Part shown: piece by piece, positions 12,010 to 25,705 of the stretch
Layout: each line of letters opens with the position of its first letter
How positions within the stretch are numbered: the first letter of the stretch is position 1
NCBI RefSeq assembly: GCF_018977255.1
Contig: NW_024704742.1
Span: 7,752,001-7,816,000 of the forward strand
DNA length: 64,000 nucleotides
Source: Callorhinchus milii
Lineage: Eukaryota
Direction: 5' to 3'
Position numbers and translations under genes: made by a program
The notes under the pieces: generated by a model
What the model saw: the letters and a program-made list of their open reading frames with translations, nothing else
Databases searched by the model: none
What the model was told of the DNA's origin: nothing

Positions 12010-12381
12010 AATAATAATACTTGCATTTGATATATCATCTTATCACGTCATTGAGACATCCCAAAGCATTTCACAGAATAGACTGTAAAGTGAATTGACT
12101 GTATATTTTGTGGGTGAAACGAGGCAGCCAATTGCGCACAGCAGCGTCCCAAACAGCTGTGGATTGAGTGACCAGAATTTTTTAATTTTATCTTTGGAGG
12201 GAGTATTATCCCCAGAAAGCAATCTGCCGATCGACTAACAGCCTAGTTTCCTACTTACTGCTAGGTAAACAGAGAGGTGAGGAGTAAGGAAACTTGCCCA
12301 ACATTTCTCCCCGCCAGGAATCGAACCCAGGTCTCTCGCCTATGAAGCGAGTGCTCTAATCACTATGCTACGGGATGTCAC
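12010..12381 (-). mobile_element. Full-length SINE, older subfamily (tail-to-tail with 11513-11890)
   Basis: Reverse complement of the family sequence. Confidence 0.92.
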
Positions 12382-13981
12382 AAAGTATTTTGCCACCTTG
12401 AAGTTCTGCCACTCCAGTATTAACCTAACATATATGTTAAGAGTTGGTTACCTTGTTTAGGTGCTTTCGAAGAGTCTTCATTGGAAAATACCTTCTTATT
12501 GATTGCAACTCTGCAAAGGAAGCTTATATATTATTATAATAATAATCTTTCTATTTGACATAGTACCTCATCTCATCATCAAAACGTCTCAAAGTATTTC
12601 ATCGTAGAGCGACTGCATTTCCATAATTTGTGATTATGGAATTTCCGGGGCTAATCAGAAACCTTAAATTTGCCGCACATCAGATTGTAACACAGATATT
12701 ATTTTGTTTTACAATCAGAGAAATCTGGGGCTTGGAAATTGTAATCACTGGTTATAAACTGTACTTACATGTTGAATGTGTAGGTTCAAGGCTCAACTGT
12801 CCTGTCGAAGTGTAATTCTGTCGGGGGAGTAAAATGGGTACAAAGGGAATTTTTTAAATCAGTTATTACATGATCTGCAGCAGGAGGAAAATTGGAGTTT
12901 TACTGTTTACTGGCGTTTTTTCCTCTTAATGTTTAGTGTGAAGGGATCTCTAATATCTACCTGAACAGGCAGATGGGACCACGGTTGATTGCCTCATCTG
13001 TTTAGTGCATCTTCAGCAATCAAGTATTTCCTCAGTAGTGCACTGGAGTGTACGCATAGAGTATTATAATAATAATTATCTTTGTGTTTGATACAGCACT
13101 TTTCACGTCAGGAGGATGACTCAAAGTGTCCGCCTGAATAGACAGATGTGTCTAAAATGATAGAAATTGTGGAAACACTTCTCAAAGTCCTAATGACAAA
13201 ACATGTGTGTAATAAACATGTATCCATTTCCACACTCCACATGGTTTGCGTACTCCAGGGCTGACAATACCCTAGGGAGCGATCATTCTTCTTGCTAAGG
13301 TTAATATGTTCTCACCTAGAATCCTAACTATCAAGCATTATTATAGAAGACCTTTTAAGTGAGTTTCACCTTCTTCAACATCCCCCCACCCACCCCACTC
13401 TGCATCATTCCCAAATCCTGTCACTGTCTGCTGTTTTCACAACACGCACTCTTTCGTTTCCACATGGGAACTGTTCTATCGTGGCTGGATCATAAATATT
13501 TCATGCGATTTCAGGTGAAGCACCTCAGAGAATAAAGCCTTGGTGCTTAGCCACAGATGTGCACAGTGCAGTATTGTCTGGCGATTTATACTGTCAACGT
13601 TATATCACCGCAGTGATCATATAATTTTTATTTGCTTTGGACGTAGAAAGTTCCTGCGATCAAGTTGGAAATTCATTTCCTGATGCAATTGGGGGGTCCA
13701 TAACGTCTAACGTCAGTCAGTCTGGCAGCTGTGAATGTCATACTGCAGCTGTCACTTTGCCTCAAAAACACCGGTTCGAAAATCAGTGCCATAGTAAGAA
13801 AAGTAAGTGTTGGAAACCCAATCATATATTTAAAAAAAGGAATCATTGCGCTGTGTGCTACGTATCGTGGATGAACAATTCAATAACCAGTACCTTTGCA
13901 GGCAATTTGGTTCTCCTACATTATTACTTCAATAATAATAATAATCTTTCCAGTTGATATAGCGCCTTATCATGTCTTTGA

Positions 13982-15860
13982 GACGACGACAACGACGACA
14001 ATTTGTACTTATACAGCGCCCTCCACCTAGGGTAGCATCTCAGAGCGCTTTACAGTGGCGGAGCCTGACTCCGAGCCGGAGGGGAGAAGGTGTCCGTAAA
14101 CATGTAAACACAGACAAAGAGGGAGGTTTTCCGGGTGGAATTGAAAAAGGGGAGAGTGGGGGCAAGGCGAAGGGATTGAGGGAGAGTTTTCCAGACTTTC
14201 AGGGCGCAGTGGCTGAAAGCACGACCTCCGATGGTGGGGAGGAAGGTGCGAGGGTCGAGCAGGAGATGGTGTCAGTCGAGAGGAGGCGCCTGGTGGTGGA
14301 TTGGGGAGTGAGGAGAGTGCCAGAGAGTGAAGGGATTTGAACACGAATATGAGGGGATCTTGAAGTCGATCCATTCGGTGATGGGGAGCCAGTGGAGCCT
14401 GGGCCAGAACTGGTGAGATCATAGAATCATAGAATTATACAGCACAGAAGGAGGCCATTTGGCCCATCGTGTCTGTGCCGGTTCTTTGAAAAGAGCTATC
14501 CAATTCAATCCCACTCCCCGCTCTCTCCCATAGCCCTGCAAACTTGTCCTCCCCAAATAATCTACTTCTCTCTTAAAAGTTGTTATCGAATTGGCTTCCA
14601 CCACCCTTTCAGGCAATGCATTCCAGATCCAAACAACTCGCTGTGTGAAAACATTTCTCCTCAACTCCACTCTTTTTCTTTTAACAACTATTTTAAATTG
14701 GTGTCCTCGGGTTACCGACCCACCCGCCAGTGGGAATAGTTTCTCCTTGTTCACCCTATCGAATCCCCTCATCATTTTGAAAACTTCTATTAAGTCTCTT
14801 CTTAACCTTCTCTGCTCTGAGGAGAATAATCCCAGCTTCTCTCGCCTCTCCTGATAATTGAAGTCTCTCATTCCTGGTACCATCCTGGTCAATCTCCTTC
14901 ACACCCTCTCCAATGCCTTGACATCCTTCCTAAAGTCTGGTGCCCAGAACTGAACACAGTCTCTAGCTGAGGTCTAACCACTGTTTTATAATGTGGGTAT
15001 GGAGTTTTGTTTGGGTCAGTATGCAGGCGGCAGAGTTCTGAATGAGCTGAATCTTTTGAGCAAGTGGAGCTGGGGAGACCAGTGAGGAGAGCGTTGGAGT
15101 AATCCAGGCAGGAGGTGACAAATGCATGCATGAGGGTTTTGGCTGTATTTGGGGTAAGGTACGGTTGGAGGCGCAATGTAGTGGAGGTGGAAGAAGTTGG
15201 TCCTGGTCAGGGAGCGAATGTGGGGGAGGAAGGCCAGTTGGGGGTCGAACCGGACGCCTAGATTGCGCACTGGTTTGGTGAGTCTGAGGGTGAGCTCAGG
15301 GAGGTTGAGGAGTTTAGATCCACAGCAGTGAAGACGTTAACAGGAGCCAAGGAGTATGGCTTCCATCTTGTCCATATTCAGCTGCAGGAAGTTTACACTT
15401 ATCCAGGTGATGTCTACCAGACAATCTGATAGAACACTGGGGGACCTGGAGTTGGTACTGGAGGAGGCAAAGTAGATTTGTGTGTCATCCGCATACATGT
15501 GGAAGTTGACATCGCCCAGAGAGAGCATATAGATAAGGAAATGAAGAGGCCAAGGATGGAGCCCTGGGGTAATCCACAAGTGACCGGGTGGGAGGAGAAA
15601 CCATTTGCTGAGATGAAATGGAGGCAGTTGGTTAAGTAGGACTCGAATCATGCGAGTGCAATCCCACTGAGGTGGATGAGGGAGGAGAGCTGATGGAGGA
15701 GGATGGAGAGGTCGACTGTGGCAGAACGTGGTAGAGAGATCCAGGAGGGCAGGGAGGCAAAGGAGGCCTGGTCACAGATAGAGAGGACATCATTTGTGAC
15801 TTTGATAAGCGCTGTCTGTGTGCTGTGGGCAGTCAGGGCGACAACCAGACTGCAGGGGCT
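13982..15860 (-). mobile_element. L2 LINE, 3' ~1.3 kb of ORF2 plus tail, interrupted by a CR1
   Basis: Frameshifted RT and C-terminal motifs: HSTQTALIKVTND, FHMYADDTQIY, NFLQLNMDKMEAILLG, RNLGVRFDPQL, AKTLMHAFVTSCLDYSNALLTGLP. Confidence 0.93.
14420..14990 (-). mobile_element. CR1 LINE 3' fragment inserted in the L2
   Basis: YKTVVRPQLE...LGLFSSEQRRLRRDLIEVFK...TRGH...FTQRVVWIWNALPERVVEA; (ATTCTATG)n-type tail. Confidence 0.95.
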
Positions 15861-17327
15861 CGAGTGAGTTGACTGTATATTTTGTGGGAGAAATAACTGA
15901 TCAAACAGCAGCAATGAAGTATTAATATGTTAATTAATTAATTATTTAATGAAGTAATACTGTCTTGATGCTAGTGATTACTCGGGACTTAGTTTGTGCT
16001 CGTGGCCACAAAATCAAAATCTTCACCCATCTCACACTGGTCAATTTGCCATATTTTGGCAATGTGCACTTATTATTTTCTGGCTATTGTTAAGCTTTTT
16101 GTGATGTGCGTTTATAGTGAAAAATCCCATTGGAAACACACACTTCAAAGGTCAGGAAATTCACGCACAAGTGAGGCATACTTTGTTTACCTGCAAAGGT
16201 CAGTAAATGTATCCTCTTCTCCTATGACTCTGACAAAGTCCTTAACAAAGCCCTCCAAGTTTTATCAAAGAGGACTTAAAACAGAACTGCCAAAGCCCTA
16301 ATGGAGAATATTAGGAACGACAATTAGGATTACAAGGAGTGAACAAGATTTCAAAGCCATTTAAATACATGGAGTTGTGTTTAACATTAAGTTCTGTTGT
16401 TTCTAATAATTTCACTTCAAGGTACCCGTTATAGAGAAATTAGCCGAGATATCCAACACTCCTCAAATGCAATTCTAAAGGCTAAGACAATTGTCTTTAA
16501 ATGTTAAATTGTGCAAAATTGTGGAATTTTCAAATCTAGACATAACTTGGAAGCTGATTCTTTTCTAAAAACTGTGCNTTTTTTTAGAAATGTTTTACAT
16601 AAAAACTCGTCTAAAAACGGCCTCCAATTTGAGTCTCCGTTCTCCAACAGCTGTGCAAGAATACATTTGTTGGTAGGGAGGGGGGTGAGGCATTTCCACC
16701 AGATCTACATTTATTCTATTTTCTTAATTTTTAAGCCAGTTTTCTGTAACTTCTTTTAAGAATTTCGCCCACAAACTAACACAATCAATTAATTTTACAG
16801 TATATTCTGTGAAGCACTTTGAGGTGTCTGAACACATAATAAGGAGCTATATCAAATGCAAGGATTATTAGGATTATTATTATTACGAACAACAGACAAA
16901 CGGCTTTGAAATTAAGATCAAATTCAAAAATTGGCTCAATTCTGGGTGCTCTGAAATAGTGTATAAAATAGCATAAGCCTAGAGTCTCAAATAGGATTCT
17001 CCCCTTTGGTATCTGTATTAATATTCTCAATGTTTTGGGTTGCAATTCCTCAGCACTGAATCTTTAACCCATTTGCCCACAAAGCACACAACAACAACAA
17101 TTTGCATTTATATACCGCCCTTCACGTGGGGTAGCGTCCTGGAGTGCTTGACAGTGGCGGATGCTGACAATCAGCCAAGCGGAGAGAGAGAGTCTTTACA
17201 TGGTACTTTGAGAAATCTTCCTGATGTGAAATGCACTATATCAAAGGCAAGGATTATTATTAGTTGCGGACATTTTGCTATCAGAAAGTTGAGCTATTGG
17301 GAAGATGAACTATTGGGAAGATGGAGA

Positions 17328-17644
17328 CTCAGTGGTTAGAGCACTCGGCTTGCAAGCGAGAAACCTGGGTTCGATTCCCGGCAGGGCGAAACCTTGGGCA
17401 AGTTTCCTTTCTCCACACGCCTAATAATAATCCCTCAAGAAAAAAATAAAGAAAAAACTAATAATAAAATAATAATTTGGTCACTCAATCCACGACTGTT
17501 TGTGGGACACTGCTGTACACGATTGGCTGCCGTGTTTCGCCTACAAATATAGTCAATTCACTTTACAGTGTATTCTGTGAAGCGTTTTGAGACGTCTAGA
17601 AGACGTGAAAAGCGCTACATCAAATGCAAGGATTATCATTATTA
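17328..17644 (+). mobile_element. SINE, near full length (short-CORE subfamily)
   Basis: Family match. Confidence 0.9.
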
Positions 17645-18682
17645 TAACTATCTTGATAGAAGAGTGTATCAGCTGTTGAGGTCATCTGGATGAATAAGAG
17701 AAAGACCATTACAAAAATGACATTGAGTGTTTGCCACCTGGTTACTGAGAAATAACAGGCAATGACATGTACAAAAATAGGTTCTTATCAAAATTTGGGA
17801 TAACGACATAAGCCATAAACAGCGCAGCTCAAGGCAATTTGGAATCATTCAGACACAAAGGGTGTTACAGTCTTCAAGTCTTGTACCTTCAATCTTTTCC
17901 CCTCACCCTCTCTCTCCTCAAGGCAATGACTCATGCTGGGGTATAATTCCACAGGGAGTGACGTTCTCCTCCAGAATCTCACACGTGTCATAATTTTAGT
18001 GAGGGTGTTTAAACGGCAAATGCTGGTGATTTATTGAGCACATGGCGGGGGAGTTTGAACTTGAATAGTCCTTTCCTGTCCAAGCATATTTTCCAGGAGG
18101 GAAAGCATTATATTACAGGAGGAGGCAGTTTTTTTGTCTCAAACCCAGGAATACAAAAGCCAATTATTATGCTTCCCATTCACCCCTTCCCCGCCCACCC
18201 CCCACCGCACCAAATAGCAGCACAGACCATCAAATAAAGCATATGCATTATATGCATTTCCTGGTTTGTGCGGCTCAGGCAGAGATTGGTACAGCCTCGA
18301 ATAAGTTCTAAAATATACGTAACAACAACATCAACTTGCACTTATATAGTACCCCTCACGAGGGGCAGCATCTCGGATAGATAAATAACTAATTATATTT
18401 TTATTTTTAATATGCATTTGCATTTGTTTTGCAATCGCTTACGTTTTCAGAACTTCTCCAAAACAATCTTTATAATCAGCTGAACTTGTGGCCACAGAGT
18501 TTGTCTGTTCAGCTCCACATTGTGTAGCAGGAAGAGGGTGTGTTCGAAAGCTGTATGACAGAAGTATGAATGGTGACAGTGCACAGGAAGGGAAGGGTTG
18601 ACCTATCAACAATAATATGTTTTTCTAGTGAATAATACTCCTGTATATAATTTACAGGGAACAACAGATGTCTGGGAACGCA

Positions 18683-18788
18683 GAAGGGACCCGAAATGTT
18701 GACTCACTTTCCTCTCTCCGTAGATGCTGCCTGACCTGCTGAGTGCTTTTGTTTCAGATTTCCGGGATCTGCAGTATTTTGCTTTTAA
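18683..18788 (+). mobile_element. Penelope-like element terminal fragment
   Basis: gacccgaaatgttgactc...agatgctgcctgacctgctgagt...tttcagatttcc...tctgcagtattttgctttt matches the recalled chondrichthyan Penelope-type terminal repeat. Confidence 0.65.
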
Positions 18789-18829
18789 TTACATTTGTGA
18801 GGCGCCTTTCATGTCAGGAGGAACCAAGG

Positions 18830-19317
18830 TCCTATCTGTCTGTTCAGGTGGATGGCATGGCACTATTTGAAAAGAGAAGAGTTTCTCCCAGCATCCTGGA
18901 CAAGTTCATCGTTCACTTTGTACCATTTTGCGGGACATTGTCGGGTTTAAATTCGCTGCTGCGTTCGTCTGCAAAATACACAGTCACTACACTTTAAAGT
19001 AAATCCTGTGAAGTGCTTTGATGATGTAATGAGGGAGTATATCAAATGCAATGATTATCATAATGTAGCAGTGCCGCCTGTGTTGCCTTTCAGCTTCATT
19101 CAAAACATTTTCCTCACAAAATTTAAAAAATCAATAATAATCTGGTCATTCAACCCACGACTGTTTGTGGGACATTGCTGTGCACAATTGGTTGCCGCAT
19201 TTCGCCCACAAATATACAGTCCATTCACTTTACAATATATTCCGTGTAGAGCTTTGACACGTCTCGAAGATGTGATAAGGCGCTATATCAAATTCAAGGA
19301 TGATTATTATTATTATT
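18830..19317 (+). mobile_element. Old DeuSINE fragment (18830-19060) followed by a SINE 3' half (19125-19317)
   Basis: gtctgttcaggtgga...atggcactatttgaa is a Deu-domain motif; the second piece matches the main family. Confidence 0.75.
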
Positions 19318-20094
19318 CTCACAGTGACAGAGAGCCTGGAAACTGGAGCATCCGAGCTTCCCAAGCAGCAGGGCAAGGGATACTACTCTTATACTGCTGC
19401 TCGGATAGTTTTTTTTCCCCCTAGCATCAAGGTGCTCCCTGTCTCATTGGGATGGAAAGGAATGTAGGCGTTGCCCCTGAAAAGGGTGGAGGATCAACAA
19501 TAAAGGCAGGAGGAGGGGAGAGGAAGGATCAAAGCTGACATTGGTTGGTTGGGAAGGAGGTTGGTCGATACAGGCGGTGGGAGATGGAGGAGGAGGAGAG
19601 ATTTCAGACACAAGGAGGAGGAATCTCAGAAACATTGAGTGGGCGGCAAATCTTGGAGAAGTGACAAGCACTGGGGGAGAGCTTCGAGATGCGGAGGAAG
19701 GTCCCAATGTTTGAATCAATTAGGGTCTGCTGTTCTTTTCTAGTTTCAAAACACAAGGCTCGCAAAAGATGAGAGAGAATTTTGAATCAATATTAGCCAG
19801 GGCCATTAATGCAAACGATCTCAGAAATAAACTGACATGAATCTAGTTAATTCACAGAAAAGAAAGCTGGTAATGAGTAGCATTTGTAGAATCTGCCTGA
19901 AAGCAGCTTTCTATCATGCAATTACCTCTACTGAAATAATGTACATCTAGTTATTTGGCATTTTAATTTTCCACAGTTTAAGGAATGCATCATTCATTAA
20001 CTTAGGGTCTATTATTTTGCTGCATTTTTTTTCTAGGTTTCTGCAGGAAAACACCAAAGAGAAATCTATTTTAAAATTAAGATTTGAAAGAAAT

Positions 20095-20297
20095 GTTATG
20101 ATCTGCAATGCACTGCTTGAAAGGGTGGTGGAAGCAGATTCAATAGTAGCTTTCAAAAGCAAATTGGATAGTTACTTGAAAAGGAAATAATTGCAGGGCT
20201 ATGGGGTAAGAGCGGGGGGCGGTGGGGAGAGTGGGACAAGTCGGAGGCACGATGGGCCGAATAGCATCATTCTGTGCTGTAAACTTCTATGATTCTA
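20095..20297 (+). mobile_element. CR1 3' fragment
   Basis: NALLERVVEADSIVAFKSKLDSYL and a ttctatgattcta tail. Confidence 0.88.
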
Positions 20298-21419
20298 CCA
20301 TCGGTTAATGCTAATTTCAATTAATGCTTTAAGTGGTTTCAAAACACAGGCTGCTTACTTTAAGCAACATATATTTTCAAAAGAAAATAAATGTCACAAA
20401 GCCAATAATTAACTATTAAGTCCTGAATTTCACAAGATTGGTTTGGATGAAGAAGGCCCTTGCGCTCATTTGATCTTTATTCTTCCAGAATTCCCAACCT
20501 ACCATCGTCTAACCCAGCATCAAGCTGATTTTTAAAATGAGTCCAGTGTCCTGGCCTCAACCACCCTTACAGGTAACGTGTTCCAATCGTTAATTACCCT
20601 CAGGGTAAATAACAACAACAAATTACATTTCACATTGAACAGACGTTCCAGGGCGTTGGAAGGGGTTTTGTACTGAGCTGGGAGTTGGAGTCAGGAGGGG
20701 TGTAGGGCAGGGTGGTGGGGGCTTGGGGTGGAAGGGTGGCCAAAGGCACGGTTGAAAATTAAGGCCTTCAGAAATACTACCTGGTGCTTTCTTGAAATTT
20801 CTCATAAACAACCGTGAACCTGCGTCCATTTGTTCTGCTGTCTTTTGAAAGCAATGATCTGGGTTTAACTTTCTTAATCCCATTTCAAATGTTATAAGGT
20901 CCCTTTTGAGGCATTTTCTCTCAAGTCTGAATAAGAAATGTAAGAAATTCTTTGTAAGAAACGGAGCAAAGGACCCTTAACTACACAATGGAGTGTGCCT
21001 GATCTTGTAACACTGTGTATAAGAATCACCTATGCACCGTTGAGCTCTCTTCAAAATAAGATTTGTAAGCAATATCCTTCCAGACAGAGTTATGATTTTT
21101 GTCAAAAGTTAATGAGCCCTGTAATAATTTTTCTTTTGATCATCTCCCTTTGCTGTAAGATCAGTGAAGGATACTTCAAAAAAGTAATTACACAGTTAGA
21201 ACGAGGGCCTATGATAGAGACTATCAGTCGCTTATTCACTTTAGAAATTACAGCCTTTGCAAGAAATCACCATTTATTTTTTCTACCTAATAGCATGGTT
21301 TAACAATAAATTCAGAGATCTGAAAGCCGCAATCTGAAAATTTTGGAAAATTCTTAAATTCAGTCATAAATTTCAAGTTGTGTGTCCACAGTCCCCTGTA
21401 AGGAAGACAGCCTCTGAAT

Positions 21420-21680
21420 TAGTAATAATAATAATAGTGATAATAATAATCTGTGCATTTGATATAGTGCCTTTTCAAGTCTTCGAGAGGTTTCAAAGCT
21501 CTTCACAGAATATACTGTAAAGTGAACTGACTGTATATTTTGTGGGCAAAACACAGCTGCCAATTCCGCACAGCAGTATCCCACAAACAGTCGTGGATTG
21601 AATGATCAAATTATGATGTTTTTTAAATTTTGAAGGGATTATTACCCCGCAGAAAAGCGATCCATCAATCAACCAACAAT
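21420..21680 (-). mobile_element. SINE, 5'-truncated
   Basis: Family match. Confidence 0.87.
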
Positions 21681-23216
21681 TAGAATGCCAACTGAGCTGG
21701 GATTCAAACCAGTATCTCCCAATTAAGAGACTGCCTTACAAATGCCTTTGAATTATGTTTTTTTAGGACTCTAATCCTTCAACTATTTATATTTAAAAAT
21801 TATTTTTTAAATTAAATCCGGGGAAAAGAAACCGGCGAAAGAGATGAAGTCTCTGCATCTTGTTTGTTCGTGTAAGTGACACATTTCATTGGTAATGTCT
21901 ATCATATCAAGAAGTGACAGTGTATGTTTAGTATCATTGAAATTACTTGTGTACATTATACACCATGTAGTGAGATGATGCTCATTTACATACATCGTAC
22001 CCTCAAAAGGTGAACATGTTCTTTATTTAATAGCCTACTGGTCTTGATAGAGGTTTTCGGCTAATAGTTTGGAATACAGTACTTCATATTTTTTGTGCAG
22101 TAACATTGACATGAGACAGACAATTTCTCCTCTTGGGACCATCAGCCTTGGCCTTTTAGGGTATGCAACATGAGAATTTAGAAGATTACACCACTTTGAC
22201 CACGTTAATAACGTTTGTGTGGTATTAAAGCCAAGTTCAAGAAAAACAAAATACTGCCACTAGCATTTTAGCATTGAAAATTACAACTGAGTGGTTTTCC
22301 CATCGTTCTGCTCCTAATTATGAGCTTAATTGACTCTTAATGATTCTGGCAGTAAATGCTGAAACAAGTCCAGATGCTAATGGCAAGAGGAAAATCCAGA
22401 CAAATGGCTGTGCAGTCATTTCATGTCAATAATGGTTGCCTAAAAAGGGAGATTTTTATACGAACATGAGCAAAATCTAGAGCTACTGTATTCCAACATA
22501 ATTTGGGAACAAAGACGCTTTTCTTTTATTTCAATGAGTTGAACAAGTTGTCCAATTAGAAAAAAACTGCAGGCAAACTAGTCTTACTGTCAGTTTGACC
22601 ATGTTATGTTAAAAATAACTCTCCTTTGTAGTAGTTCACAGTTGATTGATAGATTGACCATGGAACAGCTATAATACTTGTATGGGACAATGATTGATAG
22701 TTGATGCCCTATTAGCCTACTTGGATTCATCGCTGTATAATGACTGACAGATGATGCCCAAACCTCCGTGCCCCAACTGTAATTTACATAGTAAATAGTG
22801 ATTGACAGTTGATGTCACCAACACTGTCCCCTGCTCCCACCCTGTCTAATTGCTTTAATAATCAAACCATATCCCTTCTGTTGGATAAAATGGGACTGAG
22901 TTTAAAATGCAACCAACGCAGCATTCCCTTTCACCAATCTTAGCCTTGCTCATGTCATGACGGGTGACCGTGTTTCAAGTGAGCATCGCTGAAAGCAGAT
23001 AACACCGAAGAAATTAACCAGCGTGTTCATGTGTTGAATTGAAGTGTTCCACCGCCAACTCTTTCTGAATCTAATACATTTTAATAGGGTCGGCTGAGAA
23101 AATCAGGACTTTAAAAACATCAGAAGCCTGAAATTCCTCAATGTCGTAGCTACAGCCACATTGTAAAAGTTAAAATCGTTCAGAATTTTGGAACATTGTT
23201 ATATTCAGTCTTAATT

Positions 23217-23555
23217 TGGTGTCCTGTACTTTAGTAGTTAGAGCACTCATCTCGCAAGCGAGAGGACCCAGGTTCGATTCTTAACAGGGTGAAAAGTTAG
23301 GCATGTTTCCTTAATGCACACACCTCTGTTTACCCAGTGGTAAGTAGGAACCCGGTTGTTAGTCGATTGGCGGATCACTTTCCGGGGGTAATAATAACTT
23401 CAAAAAAAGTAATAGTAATTTGGTCACTCGATTCACCACTGTTTATGGGACACTGCTGTGTGCAATTGGCTGCCTCGTTTTGTCCACAAAATATATTCTG
23501 TGACACATCTGGAAGACGTGATAAGGCGCTATATCAAATGCAAGGATCATATTAT
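23217..23555 (+). mobile_element. SINE, older subfamily
   Basis: Family match with an internal deletion. Confidence 0.88.
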
Positions 23556-23769
23556 ATATTATATTATAATCTACACAGAGGCGTCGATGGTTATTGTCAC
23601 TCCAGACGTTCAGCCTCTTCATTGTAGATCACAGAGGACAACTTTCAGCATATAACCCTGGATGCTATTTTTATCCTATACTGCTGTGTGCAAATTGGCT
23701 GTCACGTTCACCTAAAAATATACAATCACTTTAAAGCAATTCCACCTGAAGCCCTCTGAAACTTTTTAA

Positions 23770-24155
23770 CATTATAGACGCTTTATCGGATGCAAGAGCC
23801 GTTATACTCTTCATAAAGTGTTCTGTAAAGTGTCGTGACTTGTGTGTTTGTAGGCGAACATGGCTTCCATTTTACACACAGCAACGTCCCACAAACAGCC
23901 ACAAAGTGAGTGAACAATTTTCTGTGTGGGATCGAATTAATTTTTACAATTCACCTGAATAGGCAGATGGGATCTTGGTTTAACATCTTATCCAAAAGAT
24001 GGCACCTCTGTCAATGCAGTGCCTCTCTCCTCCCCAATCCTCCCCCGAGGACTGCATTTGAGTGTCAACCTAGACCATGAGCTTAAAGTCCCGCTACGGG
24101 GCTTGAATCCACAACTTTCTGACTCAGAGTACTCCTAACTGAGCCAGAGTGACAT
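23770..24155 (-). mobile_element. Old full-domain DeuSINE
   Basis: cacctgaataggcagatggg...ttggtttaacatcttatccaaaagatggcacctc is the reverse-complemented Deu domain; tRNA-head remnant near 24100-24150. Confidence 0.75.
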
Positions 24156-25584
24156 CTATGCAAGATATATTAGTGATTTTTTTTTAACAGGAATTATTTA
24201 ATTCTGAAATGCTTGGAATAGATAATGTAATTAACCACTAATTACTGACAATTTTCAAATAGGTAAAATCAGAAAATCACGCCTACTTGAGATAAGATCA
24301 TATTGAACACAAACAAAAGTTTGCCAAGCTCACTCCTTCCAATGACTCACATCAAATCTGTGTTATACTATAGACTTTTCCAAAAGACATTTCATGCCCG
24401 AAGAGAGATACATAATCACAGATCAAACCTGGATCAACCTGAAAATACTTTTTTTCCATTGAATTTATTCTCAAAGGCAATGAAGCAGAAACTTCTGGAA
24501 AGCACTTTGGCTTCAGCCATCTATTGACCCTTCTGAGAACATGACAGACCAACAATGTCCCACAGATAGCCATGAAGTGAATGACTAATTTTAATTGGGA
24601 GTTGTCGGGCAGGACACAGGGAGAAATCTCCTTTTCTTTTCAAATAGTATCATGCGATTCCTTAATGTCCAGGCAGAGAGGGCTTCAGATTATTGCAAGA
24701 CACCATCTGGCGTGAAGGACGCTATATAAATGCAAGTTGTTGCTGTTGCCTCAACCGAAGGACAGCATCTCCGATAATCCTGTGTTTCCACCAGCACTTG
24801 ACTGAATTATCAGCTTAGACTGTGACTTTAAAGTCTCAGTGTAATGTTTGAGCGCACAAGGAAAGGAAATCTTGTCCCTGGTAGGTGTCGACACATAATT
24901 CCATCAACCACCATTCCCATCTGATTTGACCTCTGGAACATTTTCAGTACTTTTAACAATTTCTAGCAATGGGGTAAGAGTGGGGGAGTGGGATTGATTG
25001 GGTAGCTCTTCCAAAGAGCTGGCACAGGCACGATGGGCCGAATTGCCTCCTTCAGTGCTGTAATATTCTATGATTCTATGATTCTACCCATGTGTTACCA
25101 AGTTCACCATTGTGGATGGATGTTTATTGGACCCAGTTATGACTTCAGGTTATTTTTTTACAGACCTCCTCCAACAACAGATCTAACTCTGATCTTGACT
25201 TCATGTTCCCACTTGGTCTCTCACTGTCAGGTTTCTGGAGCCTATCATTCGTACAAACTACATTAGACTGGTTTGCATCATCAGCTGGTTAATTTCCAAA
25301 ATTATTTAATTAAGACTCAACAGGGCACGTCAGCAATTACCTGGGCAAATAGCATGGAGTGTGTCTTCTGATCAGTTAGGGATGATACTGTGTCTGTGTT
25401 CAAGTACATTGAATCAGTAAGACTTCTCTCCAAGTTTTGAATTGTGAACCAGAGTTCAGGACTGTTTAATATTGAGAATTATATGAACCATGAACAATTA
25501 CTATTAGTATTTTCAATTTCATAGAATTGAAGTGCTTAAACCTCTACTGATCTTAGTCTGTAAGACTATTTTGTTGGAAAATTT

Positions 25585-25705
25585 AAGATTGCACAGAATC
25601 GTGGATAATTCTTAAATTCAGTCTTAATTTGGAAGCTGTTTCTTTCAAGAAACGCAGGGAATACCAACCTCCAAATTAAGATTGAAGTAAAGAAGTATCC
25701 ACAAT
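25585..25705. mobile_element. Short palindromic MITE-like repeat (family recurs in the window)
   Basis: 33-bp arms 25601-25633 and 25670-25702 match at 29/33 as reverse complements; related copies near 16507, 21337, 23176, 26095, 26283, 33162, 35012 and 51785. Confidence 0.7.

Noticed and set aside
16578..16578. Single ambiguous base (n)
   Set aside because: Assembly ambiguity; flanks give no clear sign of a biological feature.
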